A DNA stretch of 64,000 bases from Spirochaetia bacterium (GCA_965208575.1 CBDBOV010000006.1:448001-512000), one strand, 5' to 3'. Counted from the first letter of the stretch, positions 43,083-54,480 are shown. The notes: generated by a model not told the origin, from the sequence alone. A program made the numbers and translations.

Positions 43083-45125
43083 AGAAAACGTCGCCTCAGC
43101 CGCGCTGTAAGGCCCCTCCACGACACGAGGTGGTGTCTGGATACCCCCGTGTCTATGCATAACCATGCAATTCAGTGCAACTTTATCCGCGACCGTAAGC
43201 CGGGTGGCGGAGTCCCGGTGCCGTCCCTGCAGTGCCTCGGCGAGGCGATTGCGGACCGCTGCCAGCCGGCTGCGTACCCGCCTGATGCTCTTTTCCAGGG
43301 CCCGGCGCACCGGTTCACGACCCGTGCGTCGGGCTCCGGCGGCGCAAGGTCATGGCTCGGCAGCGCGTCAAGGTTGAACTGCTCGCGCAGGTACTTGAAG
43401 AAGTTCTCCTGCGACCAGCGCGAGAACATGGCGCCGGCGACCTGCGCCAACGGCATCTGCGGGTGCGTGGTGATCACCGCCACCTGACGACCGTTGGCCA
43501 GACGCCGCCGGATCTGGCGCACCACCAGCCCGTTGCGCAGCATGATCGGCTGCTCGGCCAGATCAACCGCAGTCGTGCTGGTGCCGGCGGGACCATGGAT
43601 CGGTACCTCGAAGGTGTGGAAGTCTTCCGGCAGCCAGTCCGCGCCGTTGAAGTTCTTGTGCCAGGTGATGCAGGCGATGCCACGCCGGGCCAGGCGCTTG
43701 AACAGGTCCGGGCTCCAGCCCTCGCGGTCGAACACCAGGGTCAGCTGCGGGGTACCGGCCGGTGCTCCGGTCAGGTCGGGGGCCGCTTCGGTCACCACCC
43801 CCAGGTGCTGCAACTGCGGCACCACGTCGTGCTTGATCGCATTCACCGGCTTCGGGTCCAGCGCCTTGTGCAGGCACAGCAGCGGTGCGCCGCCGAGGGC
43901 GTTGATCCAGTAGCTCACCGACGCCGGCAGACACAGCTTCTGGCGTGCGACGAAGTGTTTCGGCAACCGCCCGTTGCGCCCGGTGTACACCTTCACGTGG
44001 CCATCCACGGCCAGCGTCGTCCAGTCGTCGTCGTGCTCGCTGGCCCAGGTACGCGCCAGTACCGATTGCCAATCGCGCACGGTGTGCTCGGCGCTGGCCA
44101 GCAGCCTGATCTTGCGGCGCAGCGTCTTGGTCTCCGGACAGCGGTCGAGGCCGAGGATGGCGCCCCACTCGCCGGGTGCCTGGTAGCGCAGGCTCTCGGG
44201 GTTGCGCACCCGGGCCAGGGTCATGCAGGCGACGAACAGGAGGATGGTGGTCAGGCCGTAGAATCCGGCCGGCAGGCGGAACAGGCGGTTGGCGGCGGTG
44301 AGCAGGCCCTCGCGCAGCAGCATCGCCAGTGCGGCCAGCACGCCGCCGCCAGCGACCGCGTGGGCGGGCTCGACGAACGCTGGTGTGGCCTCGGTCAGCA
44401 GGCCGGCTCTGGCGAGCGTGCGGCGTTCCACGTCGCGCGCCGCGCGGCCCATGGGCGCGTGCTTGTCGCGGGCGTCGCGGCTGGCGCGCTCAGTGGCGAC
44501 CGCCGGGTCGCTGACCGCGGCGGCGGTGCTGACCGGGTGATCAGTGGTGGTGGCCGCCGGCGCAACCTCGGCGCTGGCGGCGGGCTCCCGGGTGGGATCT
44601 GTGATGACGCCGGCGCGGCGGTTCTCGTTGAAGGTGCTCACCGGGATGCCGAGTTCGCGAGCGCAGGCTGAGCCGCTCATCCCGGAAGCGAGCAGCTTGG
44701 CTGCCTGGTCCGCCATCTCGGCGTCGTCCACGGTGGCCTCCACGGCACCGCGCCGGCTGACTCCGGTCGGGCTACGCCCTCCGTCCGTCAGCGGGGTACA
44801 GCATCTCCTCCGCCCCGTTCGATCCCGACGGCTCCGGTGTCGCAACCTCGTCGCCTACCCCGTCCCGGCGGTGGGGAATTGTCATGACCCTGCCCCGGGC
44901 AACGCACCTCGGTGCAGTTGTCCGGGGCGCCTCGCTCCGTGCGCTCCGCAGCAACCTGCGCGCCGATCGCGGCGTGGGCGGCATCACCCGGCTCGGCAAA
45001 TGACTTCTGAGCGTCTCTGACGCCCGTATATCCGTGAGCCAGACGGTCGGCGTCAAGAAATGTCGCCTCAGCCGCGCTGTAAGGCCTCTCCGCGACACGA
45101 GGTGGTGTCTGGACATCCCCGTGTC
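43083..45125. repeat. ~70-bp imperfect direct repeats (43083-43153 and 45056-45125)
   Basis: agaaa..gtcgcctcagccgcgctgtaaggc..cgacacgaggtggtgtctgga..ccccgtgtc occurs twice. Confidence 0.9.
43172..44845 (-). pseudogene. truncated DDE-type putative transposase
   Basis: PGEWGAILGLDRCPE, VDGHVKVY, VFDREGWS, SRWSQENFFK; C-terminus degenerates after VVN; no clear start. Confidence 0.75.
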
Positions 45126-46508
45126 ACCAGCACCGAAGTCGCCTCCAGACCCGTCCGCCCCCTCTTCGGTCAGCGACACGACACGGCACCGACCACCTCC
45201 CTGCCGTTGACGCCTCCTCATCCGCGCCGACCAACCAGATACGCCCCCGGTCGCGTTGGTGTGCTTGAATCAACCCGGCCGGTCGCCCAGCAGCCTATCC
45301 ACTTATCCACAATTTATGAGTCTCCCCCCTCGCGCTCCCCCCTCGTTCTCCGCCTCCCTTTCGGTTAGATTCTTACGTGAGGCACGCTCACCGTAAGGTT
45401 AGATTTTTACGTGAGGCAATAGGGCCGCGGAAGTGGAGCGTGCGGTCGCGAGCGGATATGCGCTGGAGAACTGCTTTGGCGTGGCCGGGCTACGAGCCGG
45501 AGCGATCCATGCGCGCAAGGAACTCGGCAATCGTGGCGCAGTCCACGATCCACTCTCCGGTTTCGGCGAGACGATCCGCGTCCGTCACTTCAGCAAGCAC
45601 CGTCGCCAGCCGCTCCGCCGCCGCCGGGCCGAACCGCCGCTCCGCCAAGCGGCGCAACAACGCCTTCTCCCGCTCGATACCCTGCTCGATACCCTGCTCG
45701 ATACCCTGCTCGATACCCTGCTCGATACCCTGCTCGATACCCCGCTCGATGCCCCGCTCGATGCCCCGCTCGATGCCCTGCTCGATGCCCTGCTCGATGC
45801 CCTGCTCCAGGATTTCCGCTCCCCAGCGATCAATCTTTTCCGCCAACACTGCACTTGCCTCCTCGTACTCGCGGATCGATGGCAACTCCACGCCCCACTT
45901 CCGCCCCAGGGCGCCGAGCCACAGGTCAAAGGTCCTCGTCAGCCCCGGCTCGCCTGCCTCGGCGAGCCATTCACCCAACTCCCGCACCCGCTCCGGCAGA
46001 GCCCCGACCTGCACGCTCTGCTCCACTTCCGCCACCCACCGTAGCAGGTTCGTCCGTGGCAGATCATCCCCTCTCACCGCCGCCAGATCAAGCACCTCGT
46101 AGCTCAGCGCCAGATGCGCGGCACCGTCCTGCTCCGTCCGCTCCACCAGCCCGGCGAGCGTTACCGGCGCGTCCCACCGTCTATCACCATTGTACACGAC
46201 CACGTGCAACACCGGGTCCGCCGTGTCGCTCTTGCTCCACTTGGTGCGGTCATGGTACAGCCGCTGGTACAGCAGGCTCGTGTAGTTCAGGAACCGCAAC
46301 GGCATCGAGTAGTCCACGCTCGACTGATGCTCGATCACCACGTGCAGCGTGTTGTCGGCTCTCAGATTGATCTGAGCGGAATGGGGGCGGACGTCTCACG
46401 ATCGACTGGAGTGGAGGACGGGAGAGTCGAGGTAAACTGACCAGAAAAACAGGGTAGCTGCCCCAGGTGATGAGAACCGGACAGCTACCCTGAACTAAGG
46501 ACAGCCGA

Positions 46509-47120
46509 TTGGTACTCCATCTGGCGGTTGATTTCAAGAGACTTCAGGAACAGGGCAAGGAGTATCGGTGGCCGCGGCCGGAGCGCTGCCTGGAGTGCGG
46601 TCGGAGGCGGCCGTGGGGCCATGGCTATGTCGGACGGTGCTTCGATGGCTGCGGCGAGCCGCTGTGGATGAAGCGCTACCGGTGTCCGGACTGCGGGACC
46701 GTGTACACGCTGCGACCGGACAGCCACTACCGCGGGTTCTGGGCGCCGTGGCGAGTGATTCTGGTAGCCCTGCTGGGCAAGCTGAAGGGTGGTCGCTGGA
46801 TCGCGCGGGTGAGCCGACAGCGGCAGCAGTACTGGCGCCAGGGGTTGCGCCGGCAGTTGTTGCTGGAGGGGGTGACCGCGGTGAGCCGGCCGGGCCAGGT
46901 TGCGGCCAGTGCGCTGAAGGCGCTGGTGGTGCGGTTGATCATCGTCAGTACGCATTCGGTGAGCTACCGCCAGATACGGCGAGTGGATGCCGCCCCCGAG
47001 TTGGTGCTGGCGGTGCCGGTGGTGGGCTTTGCGGGACACCTTGATGGCGTCGGGAGCACAGCAGACAGCGCCCTGAAGGAGCCAGGGAATGAGCCGACAC
47101 CCAGTCACGGGGCACGATGA
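46509..47120 (+). CDS. CxxC/CxxC zinc-finger protein (DUF6431-like)
   Basis: RCLECG..WGHGY..RYRCPDCG..TLRP. Confidence 0.7.
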   Translation: MVLHLAVDFKRLQEQGKEYRWPRPERCLECGRRRPWGHGYVGRCFDGCGEPLWMKRYRCPDCGTVYTLRPDSHYRGFWAPWRVILVALLGKLKGGRWIARVSRQRQQYWRQGLRRQLLLEGVTAVSRPGQVAASALKALVVRLIIVSTHSVSYRQIRRVDAAPELVLAVPVVGFAGHLDGVGSTADSALKEPGNEPTPSHGAR

Positions 47121-47401
47121 GCACGGTGCTGGTCGCGGGGTGCCGGCTCAGACCGGGCAAGTGGCTGGTGAGCAGTGCAGGAGGACGCCGCCGCGGTGCT
47201 GGCGAGCGCCTTTGGCGCTTGGGTGGCTGTCCGGGCGACGCTGCGGGCAGGGCGCTGGTGGCGCGGCTGATCATGATCGGAGCGGAGAAAATAACGCGAA
47301 CTGGCGCCTGGGTGACCCCAAGCCTACCGGATCTTTGCGGTGATCGGCGAACCAATGGGGAGCAAATTGATGCCACCAACACCCCAGGAGGTTCCTCGAT
47401 C

Positions 47402-48718
47402 ATGGAGGAAGAGAAGAAAAAGCGGATCGCGTTGTTCCGGTTCGGTGTGATCGCCGGCCTGATCGGGTATGCGAAGCTCGACCAGGGCAAGCGCGAGGCG
47501 CGCATCAAGGACCTGGCGGAGCAGGAATGGAAGATCCCATTCTCGCTGCGCAGTTCGATCAGCCGGTCGACGATCCGCGACTGGCTGCGGCGTTACGAGC
47601 ACAGCGGCAAGAAACTGGAGAGCCTGTTCCCGAAGGACCGCGCGGACGCCGGCGTGGGGCGCAGCATCGATCCCGAGACCGAGTTGGCACTGGTCAATCT
47701 CCGGCGTGAACTGGCACAGGCGTCGTTGTCAGTGGTGCTGCAGGTGGCGCGCCGCCGCAATCTCCTGCCGCCCGACTTCGCAGCCTCACGGCAAAGCATC
47801 TACCGATTGTTCCGGCGCCATGGTCTGCACCGGCAGCGGCCCGCGACGCAGGACCGGCGGCGCTTCGAAGCGGAACTGCCGAACGACTTGTGGCAAGCGG
47901 ATTGCATGCACGGCCCGCGCGTGAAAAGCGACGGCAAGCTGCGCAAGACGTTTCTGTTCGCCTGCATCGATGATCACTCGCGGCTCATCACCGGCGCCCG
48001 CTTCTATCTGCGTGAAAACATCGACTGTTTCCAGGACTGCCTGCTGCGGGCGCTCGAAACGCGCGGTCTGCCACGCAAACTGTATGTCGATAACGGCCCC
48101 AGCTTTCGCTCCCAACGACTCAGTTACGCCTGTGCATCGCTGGGCATAGCGCTCCTCTTCGCGACCCCATACACGCCCCAGGGAAAGGGTAAAATCGAGC
48201 GCTATTTCCGCACCATACGCACCCAGATGCTGCCTCTGGTCAGCGATCACGATACCCTCGAGCAGCTCAACGCCCAGCTTGCCGAGTGGCTCGACCACAG
48301 CTACCATCAGCGGCTTCACTCCAGCACCGGGGAGCAGCCCCTGCAGCGCTATCTGCGCCACCTGGAACTGCTGCGGCCTGCGCCCCAGAATGTGCGTGAC
48401 CACTTCCGCACCATGGTGCGCCGCAAGGTCGACAAGGATCGTGCCGTCGCCCTCTACGGCAAGCTCTACGAAGCGCCGGTGGGGCTCATCGGGAACACCG
48501 TCAACCTGCTCTATCATGAGGCTGATCCGTCCCGCATCGAGGTGTTCTTCGAAGATCGCTCTTACGGCTTCCTCAGTGAGTTGAACCCCCACGTCAACAG
48601 CCGCGTGCGCCGCATCAGCGGCCATGAGACCGAGCTCGAGCCGGCGCCGGAGCCGCCCGCTGATGACCCCCAGCCCGGCCCCCGCGGCGGCCAGCTGTTC
48701 GAGGAGTCCGACCGATGA
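47402..48718 (+). CDS. DDE transposase/integrase (Mu/IS481-like with C-terminal domain)
   Basis: AGGAGG RBS; IALFRFGVI, LWQADCMHG, IDDHSR, YVDNG, PQGKGKIERYF. Confidence 0.92.
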   Translation: MEEEKKKRIALFRFGVIAGLIGYAKLDQGKREARIKDLAEQEWKIPFSLRSSISRSTIRDWLRRYEHSGKKLESLFPKDRADAGVGRSIDPETELALVNLRRELAQASLSVVLQVARRRNLLPPDFAASRQSIYRLFRRHGLHRQRPATQDRRRFEAELPNDLWQADCMHGPRVKSDGKLRKTFLFACIDDHSRLITGARFYLRENIDCFQDCLLRALETRGLPRKLYVDNGPSFRSQRLSYACASLGIALLFATPYTPQGKGKIERYFRTIRTQMLPLVSDHDTLEQLNAQLAEWLDHSYHQRLHSSTGEQPLQRYLRHLELLRPAPQNVRDHFRTMVRRKVDKDRAVALYGKLYEAPVGLIGNTVNLLYHEADPSRIEVFFEDRSYGFLSELNPHVNSRVRRISGHETELEPAPEPPADDPQPGPRGGQLFEESDR

Positions 48719-49545
48719 TCGACCTCAGACATGCCTTCGGTTTCCAACGCGATCCGTTCCCCCAGGACGTCCCGATCAACGGTCTGTACCCGATCCCGGG
48801 CCTGAAAGCGCTCACCGAGCGCTTTCAGTATGCCCTCGGGCTCGGCCTCATCACCGTCATCACCGGCGAGGTGGGAGCGGGAAAATCCACTTCCCTGCGC
48901 CATGTCACGAGCACCCTGCACCCCGCCGAATACCGTCTCCTGGCGGTCATCGCCACCACCGGCACGCTGCTCGACCTGCTGCGCCAGATCTGCCTGGAGA
49001 TGGGCACCCCCCCGCGCTCCTCACTGGCCGTCCTCAGCCGCACCGTGCGCGACCTGCTGACCGACATCAGGCGCAAGAAGCAGACCCCGTTGCTGGTCGT
49101 CGACGAGGCACATCTGCTCCGCTTCGAGGTGTTCGCACAGCTCCACACTCTCACTCAGTTCGCCTTCGATTCGCAGACCTTGATGCCGATGGTGCTGGCC
49201 GGCCAGAGCAGCCTGCTTGACCGCCTGTTGTTCCATACCTCGCGCCCGCTCGCCTCACGGGTCGTGGGCCGCAGCCACCTCGATGCTCTCTCCCTTGATG
49301 ACATGCGCGGCTACCTCGACCACCATCTGCAGCTCGCCGCCGGGCGGGACACCCAGTCCGCCACAGCGCGGCGCAGCGCCGACCTGCTCAGCGACGAAGC
49401 CGCCGTCGCCATCCATCAGGGCTCCGGCGGGCTCCTGCGGCGCGCCAATCATCTCGCCCGCGGCGCCCTCATGGCGGCCGCTCGCGAGCATTGCTCGGTG
49501 GTCGCCGCCGAGCATGTCCGGCTCGCTGCCACCGAGATTCTGTAG
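48715..49545 (+). CDS. ExeA-like AAA ATPase (transposition helper)
   Basis: Walker A GEVGAGKS, Walker B LVVDEAH, VLAGQ; ATGA overlap with the transposase. Confidence 0.9.
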   Translation: MIDLRHAFGFQRDPFPQDVPINGLYPIPGLKALTERFQYALGLGLITVITGEVGAGKSTSLRHVTSTLHPAEYRLLAVIATTGTLLDLLRQICLEMGTPPRSSLAVLSRTVRDLLTDIRRKKQTPLLVVDEAHLLRFEVFAQLHTLTQFAFDSQTLMPMVLAGQSSLLDRLLFHTSRPLASRVVGRSHLDALSLDDMRGYLDHHLQLAAGRDTQSATARRSADLLSDEAAVAIHQGSGGLLRRANHLARGALMAAAREHCSVVAAEHVRLAATEIL

Positions 49546-49554
49546 GTCGGTTCC

Positions 49555-49869
49555 GTGATCAACGTCGCTATCAGAAAAATCGCCGGCAGCGACCGCGAAT
49601 ACTTCGCCTACGCCAGGACGTTCGCCGGTCGCGCCACCTACTTCGTGTATTTCCGTGATGACATCTGGGGCGCCATGGTGCTGCACAACTTCACCGACAT
49701 GCTGCGCGCCGTGTTCCAGAACTCACCCGTCAAGCTGACTCTCGTCGAACAGGAACTCTCTCTCAAACATCCTGCCGTTCTCGGCTTCCTGAGACAATCT
49801 CCTGAGGACCCCTCAGCACCACCGACAGGAGATCTCGCCCGCGGCCACCGGCAACCCGGTGCAGAATAA
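49555..49869 (+). CDS. hypothetical protein inside the transposon
   Basis: 104-aa ORF 9 nt after the ATPase stop; protein-like composition. Confidence 0.55.
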   Translation: MINVAIRKIAGSDREYFAYARTFAGRATYFVYFRDDIWGAMVLHNFTDMLRAVFQNSPVKLTLVEQELSLKHPAVLGFLRQSPEDPSAPPTGDLARGHRQPGAE

Positions 49870-50363
49870 TATGGTGTCCAGATTACCGTGCGAAAAAACA
49901 GCAGAATTACGTGAGACCCAACACGTGTGCACGCCGCCGCGCCCGTCGCGCCGGTCGATCGACCACACCACGTCACCGAGCCGCCGCCGCAACTCGTCGG
50001 TGACGTTCTCGGTGGGGCCTTCGCGCAGGGTGTCGAAGTCGAACGCGCCGGCCCATCCCGACGGCCGCTGCGGGGCGATGAACCCGATGAGCAAGTCCTT
50101 GACGATGCGTTGGTGTGTGAGCAGGCGTTTGTACGCGGGGTCGTCCATGATTCTCTGCCGGTGGCCGCACCATCGCAACGACGCCGCGCCATTCGGCGGG
50201 GGATTCTAACCTGACGACCTGCGGGGCGGTAGCGCGTCGCGTGAGGTGCGTGAGGTGATGGTTGTCGGGGCGTTGACGATGGCGAACGCGACCGTATCCG
50301 CGCAGACAGGGCAGCCGATTGTCGGAAAACACATTCGTGAGCCAAGTGTCCGGCGGGCCGGAT

Positions 50364-51136
50364 TCAGTGCGATCGTTCCAGCTTCTGCAGTCCTACCAGC
50401 GTCACCACTGGGATCAGCGCGTTCTTGATCACGTGGCGCAGGATCACCAGCCGCTCGCGCAGGCCCTTGGCCCAGGCGGTGCGAATGTAGTCCTGCCGCA
50501 GCACCTCCAGCATCATGGTGCGGGTCATGCGCATGGTGCTGGCTGCCAGGTAGGTGCCCAGGATCAGGCCCGGCACGATGAACATGCTCAAGTGGCGCAC
50601 CGGGTCGTCGCTCAGCCGCAACGGCGGCGACCACGCCCACCAGATGGCCGGAAACACCAGGATGATGGTGGCCAGCCAGAAGTTGGGCGTGGCCAGTCCA
50701 AAGATGGCGAAGGAGCGCCCCACGTAGTCTCCCACCGTGTCCTGCCGCACCGCCGAGTAGATGCCGATCGGCACCCCGATCAGGAGCCCCAAGATCACCG
50801 CCACCAAGCCCAATTCGATGGTGGCCGGAGCCGGCCGGCGATCAGCTCGCCGACCGGCTCCGGCCGCAGCATCGGCGTGCCCAGATCGCCGCGCAGCAGC
50901 AGGATGCCGCCCATCCAGCGGCCGTACTGCACGTGTACGGGCACATCCAGCCCCAGCCGCCGCTCCAGCTCCGGGCGGTCGATTCCGCTACCGCCACCTG
51001 ATGTCATCACCATCCTCGACAGGAGGATGTCGATAGCATCGCCGGGTATGAACCGCACGGACAGGAACACCAGAATCGTCAGCAAGAAGAAGGTGGGAAT
51101 CAGCAGCAGGACGCGGCGGACGACGTACGCTCTCAT
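50364..51136 (-). pseudogene. OppB-like permease, frameshifted (~50830) and 3'-truncated, fused to the oppC tail
   Basis: Paralogue of 36079-37044 up to VGLQ, then KLERSH; junction at a shared CTGCAG. Confidence 0.9.
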
Positions 51137-51270
51137 GTCGACTCAGATGCCATGTCTCGGTGTTGCTCTGTAGTTCTACTCAGAATGAGCGAGCTGAGGG
51201 GTCGCGCGCATGGAACGCGCACGACCCCCCAGCTCGCTTCTACGGGTCAATTGCCCGCGGGGCGATTGAA

Positions 51271-53055
51271 TCAGCCGCCAAGCTCCCGCTTCAGATCCTG
51301 GTCGATCCACAGATACTGGAAGACGTCAGTGCGGTTCATTGAGCCGAGATCGCCTTCTCCGTTGTAGCCCTTGATCCACGGCTGGGTCGCACCGAACAGG
51401 GGAGCAATCGGCCCCCTGATAGTCCACAGCTGCTCAATCACCCGCATGTCGGCCTTCCGCACCCACTCCTTCTGCTCCTCTATGGTGGTAGCGGCCAGCG
51501 CGTTCTCGTAGTACTCGTCGAATTCGGGGTCGCTGACGTTCGAGGGACGCCAGCCGTTCTTCGTCCAGTATGCCGCGATCGCGCCCGGGGCACTGGGATA
51601 CTCGGCTGCCCATACCTCATTTCGCAGGCCAAGGTAGGTATGATTCAGGGCCTTGTCGACAAATTCTGCGCGAGTAACCTGCTGGATCTCGACGTCGATG
51701 CCGATCTGCCTGAGGTAATCCATGGCGATCTGGTAGTAGCCTAAGTCGGTGAACTCGTAGTGCTCATAGATGGTCTTGAAGCGAACACCGTCCGCGCCGC
51801 GCGGATAGCCGGCCTCGTCGAGCAAATTCTCGGCCGCTTCGGGGTCATACCGATAGTACTGCTTGACGTCCTCGGGCCACTCCTCATACGGCATGAAATA
51901 CCCGAGCACCGCTTTGCCAACCCCGCCCACCGGGCTCGGGTCGCCCCAACCCTGCATGTAGTTCTCGGCGATGGACTCCTGGTCGATGGCCATGCTGAGG
52001 GCCTGGCGCACGCGGATGTCGCTCCAGGGCTCCTTCTGGTTGTCGAAATTGAACGCCGTTTCCGACCGATAGGCAAAGGGGTGGAGCACCAGGTTGGGGT
52101 TGGTCTCCTGCAGACTCACCGCCGCATCTACACTGCTCAGATGTGAGCCGAGCCCGAACCCAGTGAAATCCGCCTGTCCGGAGCGCATCAGTGAGGTGAT
52201 GGCCGCCGGGTCGTTGACGATGAGGAACTCGACCCTGTCCGCGTAGGGCAGGCGATTGGAGGGATACTTCGGGTCGAAACCCCAGTAATCGTCGACCTTG
52301 GTGTAGGTCCAGGAGCTGCCCTCCAGCACGTCGGTCAGCTGGTAGGGCCCCGTTCCGGTCACGTTGCGCCAGTCTTGGATGTCCCCGAATTGGTCGACCA
52401 CCTCGCGGGCGACGATGATCGTTGGCGCATCCCTGAGTATGCTGCCGAGGGCGAGGAGACTGGGCTCTTTCAGCTTGAACTCCACGGTGAAATCGTCGGT
52501 AGCGGTAACCGCATCAAAAGAGATCTTTAAAAGATCTGCGCCCCCCGCGACATCCGGGGTCGGCTCGTGGCCATCCAAGCCAAGGATCCGGTCGAAACTG
52601 TAGGCGACATCGTGCGCCGTAAGCTGCCGGCCGTTCACCGGCGCCTTGTCGTGCCAGAACACGCCGTCGCGGATCTTGAATACGTAGGTGAGAGGATCCG
52701 GATTCTCCCAGCTCTCGGCCAGTAGTCCGGTGAGGGCTTCGAGGGGCAGGAATGTCGTGGTATAGCCGACCACGCTCCGGTCGATTGCCCAGTCGCCGCG
52801 GCCCAATTTCTCGTTGACCAGCCCGATCCAGAATCCCGCCGTGTAGCGGTAATAGGGGTCGAGCCCCTCGTTCTTGAAGTTCGCGACCGCTCTGATCGTG
52901 CCGCCATACTCGGGCGCGGTGACCATCTCGCCGGTGCTCGGGTCAAGCACCATCTCCTTCTCCGCGGCGGATGCTTCCTCGCCCTCGGCGGCGGCGAACG
53001 TAACGGTAGCCACCAGCGCGAACACCAGCGGCAGCAATAGGAGTCGTGGAGTCAT
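51271..53055 (-). CDS. ABC solute-binding protein, family 5 (SBP3)
   Basis: Close paralogue of SBP2 and SBP4; same RBS and signal peptide. Confidence 0.93.
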   Translation of the reverse strand: MTPRLLLLPLVFALVATVTFAAAEGEEASAAEKEMVLDPSTGEMVTAPEYGGTIRAVANFKNEGLDPYYRYTAGFWIGLVNEKLGRGDWAIDRSVVGYTTTFLPLEALTGLLAESWENPDPLTYVFKIRDGVFWHDKAPVNGRQLTAHDVAYSFDRILGLDGHEPTPDVAGGADLLKISFDAVTATDDFTVEFKLKEPSLLALGSILRDAPTIIVAREVVDQFGDIQDWRNVTGTGPYQLTDVLEGSSWTYTKVDDYWGFDPKYPSNRLPYADRVEFLIVNDPAAITSLMRSGQADFTGFGLGSHLSSVDAAVSLQETNPNLVLHPFAYRSETAFNFDNQKEPWSDIRVRQALSMAIDQESIAENYMQGWGDPSPVGGVGKAVLGYFMPYEEWPEDVKQYYRYDPEAAENLLDEAGYPRGADGVRFKTIYEHYEFTDLGYYQIAMDYLRQIGIDVEIQQVTRAEFVDKALNHTYLGLRNEVWAAEYPSAPGAIAAYWTKNGWRPSNVSDPEFDEYYENALAATTIEEQKEWVRKADMRVIEQLWTIRGPIAPLFGATQPWIKGYNGEGDLGSMNRTDVFQYLWIDQDLKRELGG

Positions 53056-53337
53056 AGCGTAACTCCTCCTCGTTTTCGGGAGCGGGACGGCGTCCCGTGC
53101 CCGTGTTCCTGGACCGGAAACTCCGGCCTCGTCGAATGGTCCTGGTAGTCGTTGTCGCACCCAAGGGCGCCGCGAGCGCCGCCTCGGATGGGAGTGGTGC
53201 GATGGGTGTGGATATGAGCGGGAGCCGCTACGTCGTTAGCGGCGCGGATGGCGACAGAGTGGTGGACGTGGCTCGGTGAGTGGAGAGAGCGGTCGCGAGC
53301 GGATACGCGCAGGAGAACTGCTTTGGCGTGGCCGGGC

Positions 53338-53990
53338 CAAGAGCCGGAGCGATCGATGCGCGCAAGGAACTCGGCAATCGTGGCGCAGTCCACGATCCAC
53401 TCTCCGGTTTCGGCGAGACGATCCGCGTCCGTCACTTCAGCAAGCACCGTCGCCAGCCGCTCCGCCGCCGCTGGGCCGAACCGCCGCTCCGCCAAGCGGC
53501 GCAACAACGCCCTCTGCCGCTCGATGCCCTGCTCCAGGATTTCCGCTCCCCAGCGATCAATCTTTTCCGCCAACACTGCGCTTGCCTCCTTGTACTCGCG
53601 GATCGATGGCAACTCCACGCCCCACTTCCGTCCCAGGGCGCCGAGCCACAGGTCAAACGTCCTCGTCAGCCCCGGCTCGCCAGCCTCGGCGAGCCACTCA
53701 CCCAACTCCCTCACGCGCTCTGGCAGAGCCCCGGCCTGCACGCTCTGCTCCACTTCCGCCACCCACCGTAGCAGGTTCGTCCGTGGCAGATCATCCCCTC
53801 TCACCGCCACAGATCAAGCACCTCGTATCTCAGCGCCAGATGCGCGGCGCCGTCCTCCTCCGCCCTCGCCAGCAGCCCGGCGAACGTCACCGGCGCGTCC
53901 CACCGTCTGTCACCATTGTACACGACCACGTGCAACACCGGGTCCGCCGTGTCGCTCTTGCTCCACTTGGTGCGGTCATGGTACAGCCGC
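53338..53990 (-). pseudogene. Rpn copy 3: nuclease N-terminus deleted, frameshift at ~53810, C-terminal module open, stop lost
   Basis: Alignment to copies 1 and 4; single EQGI; TAG replaced by TGG. Confidence 0.88.
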
Positions 53991-54153
53991 GACCGTATTC
54001 GCGCAGACAGGGTAGCCGATTGTCGGAAAACACATTCGGTGAGCCAAGTGTCCGGCGGGCCGGATTCAGTGCGATCGTTCCAGCTTCCGCAGGGCATGTG
54101 CCGGGATCGAGCCGGGAATCTGTATCTGGTAGTCGATTGATCCGGTCCAAAGG

Positions 54154-54480
54154 CTAGCGGACCGCATGGACTCTGAGGTGAAGCCCTTCGCGTTTCTGAA
54201 GGCAGCCGATGACCTCGAACAGGTTGCGGGCCTGCGGATTGCCGTTGGGTCCGAACATCCGCATCAGGCTCTTCGGCGATTTGTCGGTCAACCCGCCAAG
54301 TTCCTGAAAGCCGATCGTTGCATTGATGTAGTCGCGGAGCACGACCTTGCCCGTATCCACATCGCCGGAAAGCAGGCAATCGACCCCCTCTTTGAGCAGC
54401 TCCTCCCGGAAAGCCGGATCGCTCTCCATGCGTGCCTGAATTGTTTCCTTGAAGTCTCGTGTCAGGGACATGAGTCTCAC
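54154..54480 (-). CDS. addiction-module antitoxin (HTH)
   Basis: [33 protein letters not shown]. Confidence 0.85.
   Translation of the reverse strand: MRLMSLTRDFKETIQARMESDPAFREELLKEGVDCLLSGDVDTGKVVLRDYINATIGFQELGGLTDKSPKSLMRMFGPNGNPQARNLFEVIGCLQKREGLHLRVHAVR

Larger units (their letters stand above)
41634..45418 (+). mobile_element. IS with doubled terminal inverted repeats, carrying a nested transposase remnant
   Basis: Two copies of TG(A/C)CTCA..AA(A)ATCTAACC at the left end (41634-41690) and two inverted copies at the right end (45362-45418). Confidence 0.85.
46350..49923 (+). mobile_element. four-gene transposon (Zn-finger ORF, DDE transposase, ExeA-like AAA ATPase, small ORF), 3574 bp
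   Basis: Boundaries fixed by comparison with intact Rpn; ends TGTTG...CAACA; flanked by CG on both sides. Confidence 0.9.
45490..50148 (-). pseudogene. Rpn copy 2, split by a transposon (49924-50148 plus 45490-46349); 11 E(Q/R)GI repeats
   Basis: Both halves align to copies 1 and 4 and rejoin at GVHTLHV. Confidence 0.92.

Noticed and set aside
47117-47401. N-terminal extension of the transposase ORF to 47117
   Set aside because: The RBS and the family-like N-terminus point to ATG 47402.
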